From Planctomycetota bacterium (GTDB lineage Bacteria > Planctomycetota > GCA-002687715 > CAIWVZ01), in the NCBI GenBank assembly GCA_044222185.1, contig JBGANV010000001.1:1568001-1632000 (forward strand): a DNA stretch of 64,000 nucleotides, written 5' to 3'. Below the pieces are notes generated by a model. The model did no database searches and was not told where the DNA came from. It saw only the letters and a list, made by a program, of their open reading frames with translations. The translations under genes were made by a program, and so were the position numbers. How positions within the stretch are numbered: the first letter of the stretch is position 1; every line of letters starts with the position of its first letter. Shown here piece after piece: positions 10,202 to 19,335 of the stretch.

Positions 10202-11332
10202 TCACCCTTCGCGGTGCTTCGTGACACGGCCCTCGATCACGAGATCCGATCCTGGGTTCCCGTCGTCCTTGTTGACGACGCGGACGTGAACGTCCGACAA
10301 CCACGTGGCGTCCTCGAGCGTCGGGCACCCCACACCTGCGACCGGCCCTGGTGCCGTCATGCCGCCCACGAGCATGGGTGCGATGTAGATCCTCACCCAA
10401 TCCGCGAGGTGGTGGCCGAGCAGGGTGCCGTGGACCGTCGGACCTCCCTCGCAAAGGATGCGGTGCAGCCCTTCCTTGCGCAGGTACTGCAACGCGATCA
10501 CGGGATCGATGCGGCCTGCTTCGCCCTTCGGAATCTCGACGAGCCGGACACCCATGGCTTCGAGTGCGGGCTTGCGCGCCGAGTCCACGTCGGGAGCGTG
10601 CAAGACCCAGGTGGGAATCTGCGCGGCCGACAGGACGACCTTCGACGTGGGGTCGATGTGGAGCCCCGTGTCGAAGACGACCCGCACCGGATTTCGGCCT
10701 TCGACGCCCATCCGGACGGTGAGCTCCGGATCGTCCGTCTTGACCGTGGCCCGGCCGACGAGGATGCCGTCGGATCTGCGGCGCTCTTCGTGTCCTTCCC
10801 GGCGGCTCTCCTCGCTGGTGATCCACCGGCTGTCGCCCGTGATCGTGGCGACCTTGCCGTCGACGGTCATCGCCCACTTCAGGACGACCCACGGAAGCGA
10901 GCGCCGCAGGTAGCCCCCGAACTCCTTGATGAGCTCCGTCGCGGACGGGATCGGCTCCAACTGGACGACCTGGATCCCCGCCGACTCGAGTATGGCTCGC
11001 GCCCGCCCCCCGTTCTGGGGATTGGGATCGCTACACGCGATGAACACGCGACGAATCCCCGTGGCGATGATGGCCTGGGTGCACGGCGGGGTCTTCCCAG
11101 TCGTCGAACACGGTTCGAGGGTGACGTAGAGATCGGCGCCACGCGCGTGGTCGCCTGCGGCCGAGAGTGCGACGACCTCGGCGTGAGGTCCGCCGTATTC
11201 GCGGTGGAATCCCTCGCCGACGATCTGACCGTCCCGCACCACGACGGCGCCGCACCGAGGATTGGGCTCGACGTAACCAGAGCCCTTGCGGGCAAGCTTC
11301 ACGGCACGCTCGATGATCTCGTGAGCGTTCAT
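10202..11332 (-). CDS. ribD: Bifunctional riboflavin biosynthesis deaminase/reductase
   Basis: HAE and TLEPC...TPPC Zn motifs; KWAMTVDGK, WIT, DDPEL, EGG reductase motifs. Confidence 0.96.
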   Translation of the reverse strand: MNAHEIIERAVKLARKGSGYVEPNPRCGAVVVRDGQIVGEGFHREYGGPHAEVVALSAAGDHARGADLYVTLEPCSTTGKTPPCTQAIIATGIRRVFIACSDPNPQNGGRARAILESAGIQVVQLEPIPSATELIKEFGGYLRRSLPWVVLKWAMTVDGKVATITGDSRWITSEESRREGHEERRRSDGILVGRATVKTDDPELTVRMGVEGRNPVRVVFDTGLHIDPTSKVVLSAAQIPTWVLHAPDVDSARKPALEAMGVRLVEIPKGEAGRIDPVIALQYLRKEGLHRILCEGGPTVHGTLLGHHLADWVRIYIAPMLVGGMTAPGPVAGVGCPTLEDATWLSDVHVRVVNKDDGNPGSDLVIEGRVTKHREG

Positions 11333-11371
11333 CTCGACTCTTTCTCCTCGCGAACCGTCAAACGAGCCCCA

Positions 11372-12715
11372 TCACGCCAACTCCGCGATGAAGCAGACCG
11401 ATGAGCATTCCGTCAACCGCACGGGGACGACCTGCCCGGTGAAGTCGCGACCGGCCTTGAAGTGAACGATGTGATTCTGGTGCGTCCGTCCCGTCCAACG
11501 ATCCGCGTCGTTCTTGCTCGGGCCTTCGACGAGGACGTCGACGACGTTGCCGAGGCGACGCTGGTTCTTCGCGAGCGTGAGGTCGCGCTGGATCTCGAGA
11601 AGGGTCGTGTTGCGCTGTTCCTTGACGTCGATGGGCACGTCGTCCGCCCATTCCGACGCGCGCGTCCCTTCGCGGGGTGAATAGCGGAATACGAAGCTCG
11701 ATTGGTAGTCGACCTCGCGCAGCAACGCGACGCTCTGATCGAATTCCGCGTCGGACTCGCCTGGGAAGCCGACGATCCAGTCGGTCGCGAGCGAGAGGTC
11801 CGGAACGTGGCGACGCATGCGCGCCACGGCGGCCCTGTACTCGTCGACCGTGTATCCGCGGTTCATGCGCCGCAGGACGGTGTCGCTCCCGGACTGGACC
11901 GGAAGGTGCAAGTAGCGGGAAACGCGCGGGTGATCGGCGATCGCTCGCGCGAGGTCCTCGGTCATGTGATTCGGGTGCGACGTGATGAACGTCAACCGAA
12001 CGAGTTCCGGCACCTGCTCGTGGATCTCGGAGAGGAGGCGCGCGAGCGTGACGCCGTCGCCGAGGTCCAATCCGTAGGTGTCGACGCGCTGTCCCAGCAA
12101 CGTCACCTCGATCACGCCGTCCTGGACCAGGCGCTTGATCTCGTCCAGGATGTCAGCGATCGGTCGACTCCGCTCGCGCCCCTGAGTGAACGGGACGATG
12201 CAGAAGGTGCAGAACTTGTTGCAGCCCCGCATCACGGTGACGAAGGCCTGGTGCTGCTTGGGACGGACCGAGATGTCGCGAGTGAAACTCAGCTCCTTCT
12301 CATCCACCGCGAGTACGCGTTGCCCGTGCTTCACTTCGTCCAGCAGGGCCACGACGTCCTCGAACCGGTAGGTGCCGACGACGAGGTCGACGTGGGGCGC
12401 CTTCTCGAAGATGAGGTCCTTGTGGTTTTGCGCCATGCAGCCCATGACACCGATGACGGTCGACGGACGCTCCTTCTTCAGCCGCTTCAGGGAGCCGAGC
12501 CGGGCGTACACCTTGTCCTCCGCGTGCTCGCGCACGCTGCAGGTGTAGTAGAGGATCACGTCGGCCTCGCCGGGGGCCGTGGCGCGGCGGAAGCCCGCTC
12601 CCTGAAGACGCCCCGTCACGAGCTCTGAATCCAGCCGGTTCATCTGGCACCCCATGTCCTCCAGGTAGAAGGACGGGGCTTGTTGCTGGCTCAAGTCGAA
12701 CTGCGATAACGCCAT
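11372..12715 (-). CDS. miaB: tRNA-2-methylthio-N6-dimethylallyladenosine synthase
   Basis: GCQMN, TCSVREHAE, GCMAQ, radical SAM CNKFCTFC, HLPVQSGS, C-terminal TRAM domain. Confidence 0.96.
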   Translation of the reverse strand: MALSQFDLSQQQAPSFYLEDMGCQMNRLDSELVTGRLQGAGFRRATAPGEADVILYYTCSVREHAEDKVYARLGSLKRLKKERPSTVIGVMGCMAQNHKDLIFEKAPHVDLVVGTYRFEDVVALLDEVKHGQRVLAVDEKELSFTRDISVRPKQHQAFVTVMRGCNKFCTFCIVPFTQGRERSRPIADILDEIKRLVQDGVIEVTLLGQRVDTYGLDLGDGVTLARLLSEIHEQVPELVRLTFITSHPNHMTEDLARAIADHPRVSRYLHLPVQSGSDTVLRRMNRGYTVDEYRAAVARMRRHVPDLSLATDWIVGFPGESDAEFDQSVALLREVDYQSSFVFRYSPREGTRASEWADDVPIDVKEQRNTTLLEIQRDLTLAKNQRRLGNVVDVLVEGPSKNDADRWTGRTHQNHIVHFKAGRDFTGQVVPVRLTECSSVCFIAELA

Positions 12716-12818
12716 GGAGCGATTGTCACCGGGGTGAAGGCGCCGAAGCGCGCCATGTTAGCGGCGGCCCCCGCACCGACAAGCGCGCGGACCAGGGCTC
12801 CGCCGGATGGCGCGGTTC

Positions 12819-12836
12819 CGTAAGCACAGCTTTACG
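12819..12836. promoter_or_regulatory. Inverted repeat; candidate enhancer-binding-protein site
   Basis: CGTAA-N8-TTACG, about 160 bp upstream of the sigma54 promoter. It could instead serve the divergent miaB promoter. Confidence 0.4.
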
Positions 12837-12997
12837 CATGCAACGTCGCTTTGAGGGTTGGACCCCTCCGCGGCCATGGTGGAGCGGCTTCGCCGGCGGT
12901 TCCCACGTCCGCACGGACGGTCAGATCGCGGGCGGTTCACGCGAGATTCCCGCGCGTTCTTCATCGCGCTCGAAAAGCCGGCGCGACCGACACGCGG

Positions 12998-13013
12998 TGG
13001 CACACCCGTTGCA
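12998..13013 (+). promoter_or_regulatory. Sigma54 (-24/-12) promoter
   Basis: TGGCACACCCGTTGCA is an exact match to TGGCAC-N5-TTGCW, lies in an intergenic region, and predicts +1 near 13024. Confidence 0.8.
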
Positions 13014-13023
13014 ATACACCACA

Positions 13024-13179
13024 TGTCGCGGGCGACCACGGTCGCGCGCAACGAACGAACAACGAGTCGCCGCCTTCGGTGGCTCAAACAGTTTGGCTTC
13101 CGCGAGGAAGTCAAAGCAAGTGTTGGGTGATAGTTCCAAGAGTGAGCCGGTACTCGGAGTGCCGGCTTGCTCTTTTTTT
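13024..13179 (+). ncRNA. Candidate structured small RNA (~155 nt)
   Basis: Lies between the sigma54 promoter and an intrinsic terminator; hairpins at 13028-13049, 13064-13085, 13092-13115 (GCGA tetraloop) and 13138-13174, with A/C-rich linkers. Confidence 0.65.
13138..13179 (+). terminator. Rho-independent terminator
   Basis: AAGAGTGAGCCGGTACT-cgg-AGTGCCGGCTTGCTCTT stem, with a T7 run at 13173-13179. Confidence 0.85.
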
Positions 13180-13480
13180 GTGCACCGAGCGCACGGTCCG
13201 TCGGCTGGAATTCCAGCCTCGATGGAGCACCGCCCGATTCGCCGAGGGACCTCGGCCCACCTTCCCGCGATCCCCCCGCGCACCGCATGGGCGCGACCGA
13301 GGGAAGCCGGGCACGTCGACGCGACGTCACTCTCGGCCGTGATTTCACGAGGTCGAGTCACGCAGCGGCCTGACGCGACGCTGTCTCCCTCCATGCGCCA
13401 CGCGGACCTGGCGTGACCTTGTGGACTGACCGTCAGTCCGCGGTCGCGCTCGGGGCGTGGTCGCGCGAAAGGAGACGCCC

Positions 13481-16400
13481 ATGAATCGCGTGATCGTGAT
13501 GTCCCTGGCGACGCTCGTCGTCGCAAGCTTCTCACCGGGTCAAGCGGCCCCCCTTCCTGAGACGCTCGTGTCGTACCCGCTTTGGACCGGAACCCTCCAG
13601 AACGTCGTGGACGAACCCATCGCCGCCTACTCGACGACGATCTTCGTGCCCGGGGCGTCCGCGCTCCAGGTCCACTTGGACGAGGTCACCCTCGCGACGG
13701 ACGAGGACGCCGTCGTGTTCCGAAGCCCCATCACGGGCGAAGTCCAACGGATGACACGCGGCGTTCTGAAGCAATGGAAGAACTCGTCGGCGTGGTTCCG
13801 GGGCGCGGCCGTCGAAATGACGGTGACCTTGGCGCCCACATCGGTAGCCGAAGTGTCGGTGGCATCCGTCAGCATCCTCCCCGGGATCACCGTCGACGGG
13901 ACATCCGGGGTCTGCGGCGCCGAGGACCGCGTGGCAAGTTCGTCGAACGCCATCTGCCGATTGCGTGGGAACGGCTTCCTCTGTTCGGGGTCGCTCGCCG
14001 ACAACGGAACCTACTGCGTGTCTGCCGGCCACTGCGTCTCCGACAGCGGCGGGCCGAGCTTCCCGGGCACGCTCGTGCTGGCCGAGTTCAACGTCCCATC
14101 GTCCACGTCATCCGGCACCCTCGTACCCGCGGCCGTTGCCGATCAATACCCGGTCGACGTCGGCTCGATCGACTTCGAGAACGGCGGCACCGGAGCGGAC
14201 TGGTCGGTCTTCCGCCTGCATCCGAACTCGAGCGGAGAGACGGCATTCGCCCGCCAGGGCGCGGCCTTCGGGCTCGCCAGCGCCCTCCCCTTCCCGCTCG
14301 CGACCGTGCGCATGCGCGGGTTCGGCCAGCACGACACCGTGCCGACGCTGAACCGTGCGCCACACACGGCCGCCGGGACGTTCGTCGGGGTCGTGTTCGA
14401 CCTCATCTCGCACCTCGTCGACCTCGACCACGGTGACTCCGGTGGACCGCTCACCGACGCCAACGGAGATCTGATCGGCGTCAACACGCACGCCGGGTGC
14501 AACCCCGTCGGCTCCAATGTCGCAACGAGCATCTTCCGACCTGCGTTCACTGCGGCCCGCAACGCGGCCCGGGCCTGCGGCACGACGACGCTCACGAACA
14601 GCAGCAGCGCGACGCAACTCTCGTGCGAGCCGCGGATCATCTCGATCACGCCCTCGACGACTGCGTGGAACATCGTCGCCGTCTCGGACGCGAACGACGA
14701 CTACGACATCCAGATCGACAACACGATCTCGTCCCAGAACGGAAGCGCCTGCGACTTCCTCGTCTCCGACGGCAACGCAACTCCGACGCCCGATCCCGTC
14801 AATGCGTTCGTGTTCGGAATTGGATCCGTCGGCTTCGGCGACGTCCAGTTCCGGACGGCATCCACCATGAACGTGGGCTCGCTCGCCACGATCGCCTGGG
14901 GCTCCAACCAGCTGGTCGAAATCCGCGAGTTCCTGGTCACGACGACCGACACGTACGACATCACGGTCGCCGGCGCCTCCGGCTTCAACTGGCGTGTCTA
15001 TCGCCCCAACGGCAGCTCGGCGTGGCGTACGCGCTCGAACGCCAACGTCAGCGGCGCCGTGAACGGTGGAACCCTGAACGGCGTCAGCCTCACGCCGGGC
15101 GTCCACGCTCTCGTGATCTTCAAGGACGGGAACCCGGGCGCTGCCAACCCCTCGACGTTCACGGCGATGGTGGCGCATTCGACGCCGAGCGTCGCACTTA
15201 CGACGACGACCACGACGGTGACGGCCGACGGTCAGCCGTTCACGGTCAGCCCCATCGCCGGCAACTGGACCGCAGTGTCGGCCTCCTCGCCCTCTGACTG
15301 GAACATCGCGATCGGAACCGCGTTCGACACGCAAGGCGGAACCATCAGCGCTTTCGTACTCGCCGACGGGCACGCAGGGACGATCACGCCGACGGAAGGC
15401 GTCCTCGATCACGTATCGGGCTCAGACCCGGCCGAAGCCCAGGTCGCAACGGGGACGACGATCTCCGTGAACGACACGTTCGCGACGTCGTTGAGCGCGG
15501 GCAGCGTGATCCGGATCTATCAGTTCAACGTGACGGTCGCAGGAAACTACGACGTCGGCGTGACGGGTGGCGACGGATCGACTGGCCTCAACTGGCGCGT
15601 GTATGCACCGGACGGCAGCAGCGACTGGCGCGGGCGTTCGACGTTCATCACCGGCGGCGACGTCGGTGGAACGATCGCGACCGGGCTGTCGCTGTCGACG
15701 GGTTGGCACGCGCTCGTGGTGTTCCGAGACGGTGGATCCGTCGCGACCGCCACGAGCTATCAAGTCCACGTCTACGCCGCCTCGGCCGTCGACGACCTCA
15801 CGCTCGGCGAGAACAACCTGGTGACCGCACAGAACCAGCTGTTCACCGTTCTGACCGGGCTCGGCCAATGGAACGCCGTCGGCGTGACGAGCACGGGGAC
15901 GACTGAGTGTGATGCCTACATCGGGACCGCGTCTTCGACGGCCTCCGGCGGGGGGAACACGGACTTCGTGCTCTCCAACGGGCACCTGGGCGCCACGCCC
16001 GGCTTCGTCGGGATCGTCACGCGTGACACGGGCACGGACGCCTACGACGTCGAGCGGGCGGCCGTCGCGACGATGGCGATCGGGACGACACTCAACTCGA
16101 CGTTCGCGTCCAACGGGGTCATCCGGCTGTTCGAGTTCCCGGTCACGGCGACGGGCTCGTTCGACGTGACGACCACGGGACTGTCGACGCTGGGATGGAG
16201 CATCTTCGCGCCCGGCTCGAGCGCAGCCTGGATCCGTCGCGCGGACGACGTCACTTCCGGAATCATCGGTGGCGGCGCCGGCATCCTGACGACGACGCAG
16301 ACCGGGACTCACGTGCTCGCCGTCTATCGCACAGGCGCGACGGGCTCCACGGCGGCGTTCTCCGTGACGATCACGCCGCGCAACCCGGTCCCGACCGTCT

Positions 16401-18439
16401 CGACCGTGAGCCCGTCCTCGATCCTGTCGGGGGCCAGCGCCTTCACGCTCACCGTCAACGGGACTGGATTCGTGAACGGGTCCGTCGTGAGGTGGAACGG
16501 AGTGGGCCTCGCCACGACGTTCGTCTCGGCGACCCAGCTCACGGCATCCGTTCCCGCGGCGAACGTCGCGACCGCGGGCACCGCCTCCGTCACGGCCTTC
16601 AACGCTGCACCCGGCGGAGGTACTTCGGGCCCGGTCGTCGTGACGATCAACAACCCCGTCCCGATCGTCGCGTCGCTCTCGCCCGCGTCGGCGACTGCCG
16701 GCGGCGCCGCGTTCACGCTCACCGTCAACGGGTCGTCGTTCCGGACGGGCGCCATCGTCCGATGGAACGGCGCGAACCGCGCGACGACCTTCGTCAGCGC
16801 GACGCAGCTGACGGCGTCGATCACCGCGGCGGACATCGCAACGGCCGGTTCGGCGTCGGTGACCGTGGTCAACGCGGCGCCGGGCGGTGGGACATCGGGA
16901 TCGCTGGCCTTCGCCGTGAACAACCCGTTGCCTGCACTCGCGGCGATCAGTCCCGCGTCCGCCACGTCGCTCGGCGCGGCGTTCACGCTGACTGCCACCG
17001 GGAGCAACTTTCGGAGCAACTCGATCGTGCGGTGGAATGGCGTCGACCTGGCGACGACCTTCGTGTCGGCAACGCAGCTCACGGCTGCCGTTCCCGCTGC
17101 GAACCTGACCGTCAACGGAACCGTGCCGGTCACCGTCTTCACACCGGCGCCAGGGGGCGGCACCACCGCCCCGCGGACGTTCACGATCAACGACCCGGTG
17201 CCGGCGATCTCCGCCATCAGCCCCACGAGCCGAACGGCTGGCGGCGCCGCGTTCACCCTGACCGTCACGGGTTCGAACTTCCGTTCGACGTCGTCGGTGC
17301 AGTGGAACGGAAGCGGCCGCACAACCACGTTCGTGAGCCCCACCCAGCTGACGGCCGCGATCCCGGCGTCGGACATCGCCACCGGCGGTTCCGCCTCCGT
17401 CACGGTCTCGAACCCGGTCCCCGGGGGTGGCACGTCGGGCGCGGCCACGCTCACGGTGAACAATCCGACCCCGGTGCTGGCCTCGGTGACCCCCGCGACG
17501 ATCTTGGCCGGGGCGCCCTCCGCGACGCTCACGTTGAACGGCTCCAACTTCAACGCGCAGTCGCAGGTCCGATGGAACGGGTCGGCGGCCGGCATCACGA
17601 CGCTCGTGGCGTCGGCGACGCAGCTGACGGCGACGATCCCCGGTTCACTCTTGAATGCCGTCGGTGCTGCGAGTGTGACGGTGTTCAACCCGGTGCCGAG
17701 TGGCGGCACGTCCGTCGCGCGCACCGTCACGACCGTGGGGCCGCGGCTGTTGGCGTTCTCCCCCACGTTCATCGCCGGACCGGTGACGGCAGGGAGCCCG
17801 CCGACGACCGTGACCTTCAGTCCCGTCGACGGCATCAGCGCCGCAGCGACGACGTTCTTCGTGAACGGTCATGCCGTGGCGGCCAACATGGTGGCAGCGC
17901 CGGTGGTCGTGACCATCACGATCCCGTCGACGATCGCCGAGATGCAGCGCCCCGGTGGGGTCACCATCACGGCGAGGAACTTCGGCACCTTCACGTCGAA
18001 TGCCGTCGCACTCGAGATCGGCGACCACAACAACCGCGGAACGATCGAGCAGAACCCGGTGGCGCCGGCGCCGGGTCAGAACTTCACGCTCATGGTGGAG
18101 GACTGTCTCCCGAACGTGCCGTTCATGTTGTTCGCGGATCCGGCGAACATCACGCCGCTCGTCGGGTTTCCTGACCCCGTGACCGACCTGGTCCTGGGCG
18201 TCAACCTGCTTCCGCAGACGACGATCCTCGACGGCATCGGGGTCTTCATGCCGGCGCAGGCGTTCGCGGTCTTCTCGCCTGATCCAGTGCTGCCGGGACG
18301 GGGGCGGTTCGCGCTGCCGGGCCTCGTTCAGCCCAATCCGCCGCTGAACGCCACGATCACCCTCCAGGTGATCTATCCGGATCCGTCGCTGCCCGCGGGG
18401 TTCCGCCTCACGCACGCGCGCGGGGGCTTCGACATGTGA
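13481..18439 (+). CDS. Large secreted trypsin-like serine protease with three ~200-aa repeats, tandem IPT/TIG-like repeats and a C-terminal beta domain
   Basis: AGGAG RBS before ATG 13481; signal peptide; catalytic SAGHC / ADW / GDSGG; repeats visible in the translation. Confidence 0.88.
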   Translation: MNRVIVMSLATLVVASFSPGQAAPLPETLVSYPLWTGTLQNVVDEPIAAYSTTIFVPGASALQVHLDEVTLATDEDAVVFRSPITGEVQRMTRGVLKQWKNSSAWFRGAAVEMTVTLAPTSVAEVSVASVSILPGITVDGTSGVCGAEDRVASSSNAICRLRGNGFLCSGSLADNGTYCVSAGHCVSDSGGPSFPGTLVLAEFNVPSSTSSGTLVPAAVADQYPVDVGSIDFENGGTGADWSVFRLHPNSSGETAFARQGAAFGLASALPFPLATVRMRGFGQHDTVPTLNRAPHTAAGTFVGVVFDLISHLVDLDHGDSGGPLTDANGDLIGVNTHAGCNPVGSNVATSIFRPAFTAARNAARACGTTTLTNSSSATQLSCEPRIISITPSTTAWNIVAVSDANDDYDIQIDNTISSQNGSACDFLVSDGNATPTPDPVNAFVFGIGSVGFGDVQFRTASTMNVGSLATIAWGSNQLVEIREFLVTTTDTYDITVAGASGFNWRVYRPNGSSAWRTRSNANVSGAVNGGTLNGVSLTPGVHALVIFKDGNPGAANPSTFTAMVAHSTPSVALTTTTTTVTADGQPFTVSPIAGNWTAVSASSPSDWNIAIGTAFDTQGGTISAFVLADGHAGTITPTEGVLDHVSGSDPAEAQVATGTTISVNDTFATSLSAGSVIRIYQFNVTVAGNYDVGVTGGDGSTGLNWRVYAPDGSSDWRGRSTFITGGDVGGTIATGLSLSTGWHALVVFRDGGSVATATSYQVHVYAASAVDDLTLGENNLVTAQNQLFTVLTGLGQWNAVGVTSTGTTECDAYIGTASSTASGGGNTDFVLSNGHLGATPGFVGIVTRDTGTDAYDVERAAVATMAIGTTLNSTFASNGVIRLFEFPVTATGSFDVTTTGLSTLGWSIFAPGSSAAWIRRADDVTSGIIGGGAGILTTTQTGTHVLAVYRTGATGSTAAFSVTITPRNPVPTVSTVSPSSILSGASAFTLTVNGTGFVNGSVVRWNGVGLATTFVSATQLTASVPAANVATAGTASVTAFNAAPGGGTSGPVVVTINNPVPIVASLSPASATAGGAAFTLTVNGSSFRTGAIVRWNGANRATTFVSATQLTASITAADIATAGSASVTVVNAAPGGGTSGSLAFAVNNPLPALAAISPASATSLGAAFTLTATGSNFRSNSIVRWNGVDLATTFVSATQLTAAVPAANLTVNGTVPVTVFTPAPGGGTTAPRTFTINDPVPAISAISPTSRTAGGAAFTLTVTGSNFRSTSSVQWNGSGRTTTFVSPTQLTAAIPASDIATGGSASVTVSNPVPGGGTSGAATLTVNNPTPVLASVTPATILAGAPSATLTLNGSNFNAQSQVRWNGSAAGITTLVASATQLTATIPGSLLNAVGAASVTVFNPVPSGGTSVARTVTTVGPRLLAFSPTFIAGPVTAGSPPTTVTFSPVDGISAAATTFFVNGHAVAANMVAAPVVVTITIPSTIAEMQRPGGVTITARNFGTFTSNAVALEIGDHNNRGTIEQNPVAPAPGQNFTLMVEDCLPNVPFMLFADPANITPLVGFPDPVTDLVLGVNLLPQTTILDGIGVFMPAQAFAVFSPDPVLPGRGRFALPGLVQPNPPLNATITLQVIYPDPSLPAGFRLTHARGGFDM
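16381..17730 (+). repeat. Five tandem 270-bp (90-aa) IPT/TIG-like coding repeats
   Basis: Units start near 16381, 16651, 16921, 17191 and 17461: NPVP...SP.S...G..AFTLTV.G..F...S.VRWNG...TTFVSATQLTA...PGGGTS. Confidence 0.9.
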
Positions 18440-18566
18440 TGGCTGGGCCGCACCCCGCGGCAGGGTCGCCCGTCGGGCACCGGCCGCGGGCCTCCGCGGT
18501 CTCGAGGGCCGCCGGGCGCCAATCCGCGTGACGCCGGGCGGGACGCCTGACGCGCTGCCGGGTCGA

Positions 18567-19208
18567 TCAGCCGTCGAAGCCTGAGACGAGCCAGCGGAGC
18601 TTTTCGATCGAGGACTCGGGGCCGACGACCGGCAGGTTGTCGGCGAACCGCTCCGCGTCGATGAACTCCGTTGCGCCGTTCAAATACAGAACCATGATGC
18701 CCTTCCCGGCGTGAGGCAGGTTCTTGCGGCGTTCGTCCTCGCTCGTCATCTGCTGCGGATCCGGGCACTTGTTGCTGATGATCACGACTTCGGATGCGCC
18801 GGCCATGTGGGAGGTGAGGGCGTTGCGTCCGGCGCGCTGCGAGTGCTGGTCCGGGCCAGTGAAGTCGATTCCCTCGGGCGTGACGTTCGACAGGTCCTCC
18901 GTCGGCTGGCGTGCCGTCGAGGGGCAGAAGAACGTCTGAGCGTTTCGCACGCTCTTGTCCATGGGGTTGCCCCAGATCGAGAGGACGAACGCGCCGCCGC
19001 TCGCCGTCGGCATCGCCTTCCGATCCATCTCGTAGATCATGAGGTGCTTGTAGATGTCCTTCAGCTGCGATTCGCAGGCCAGCTTGTTCTTCTGGCGCAG
19101 GTAGGCCGGGACGCCGACGATCGCGAGGGAAGCGAGCGTCGCAATGATCGTCATGACGATCAGGAGTTCGATGAGCGTGAAACCGCGACGCGACGCGTGT
19201 TGAGCCAT
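18567..19208 (-). CDS. Prepilin-type N-terminal cleavage/methylation protein with H-X9-DG-like C-terminus
   Basis: RRGFTLIELLIVMTII; FFCPS; C-terminal PHAGKGIMVLYLNG. Start moved to ATG 19208. Confidence 0.88.
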   Translation of the reverse strand: MAQHASRRGFTLIELLIVMTIIATLASLAIVGVPAYLRQKNKLACESQLKDIYKHLMIYEMDRKAMPTASGGAFVLSIWGNPMDKSVRNAQTFFCPSTARQPTEDLSNVTPEGIDFTGPDQHSQRAGRNALTSHMAGASEVVIISNKCPDPQQMTSEDERRKNLPHAGKGIMVLYLNGATEFIDAERFADNLPVVGPESSIEKLRWLVSGFDG

Positions 19209-19335
19209 GGGACCTCGGCGAGAAACAGGGCTTCGTGAAGGCAGGCCATCATAGGGCAGGACGCGACAGCCGGCAAATGGTAACGGCCCGCACGGGCGGG
19301 CCGTCAACGAGAACACCCTGCGACGTCGCCGCGGA

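Noticed and set aside
11332-11372. FMN riboswitch before ribD (and SAM riboswitch before metK)
   Set aside because: The intergenic gaps are only about 25-40 nt, too short for either element.
16381-17730. Regular DNA repeats as a CRISPR or non-coding array
   Set aside because: They are 270-bp degenerate in-frame protein domain repeats.
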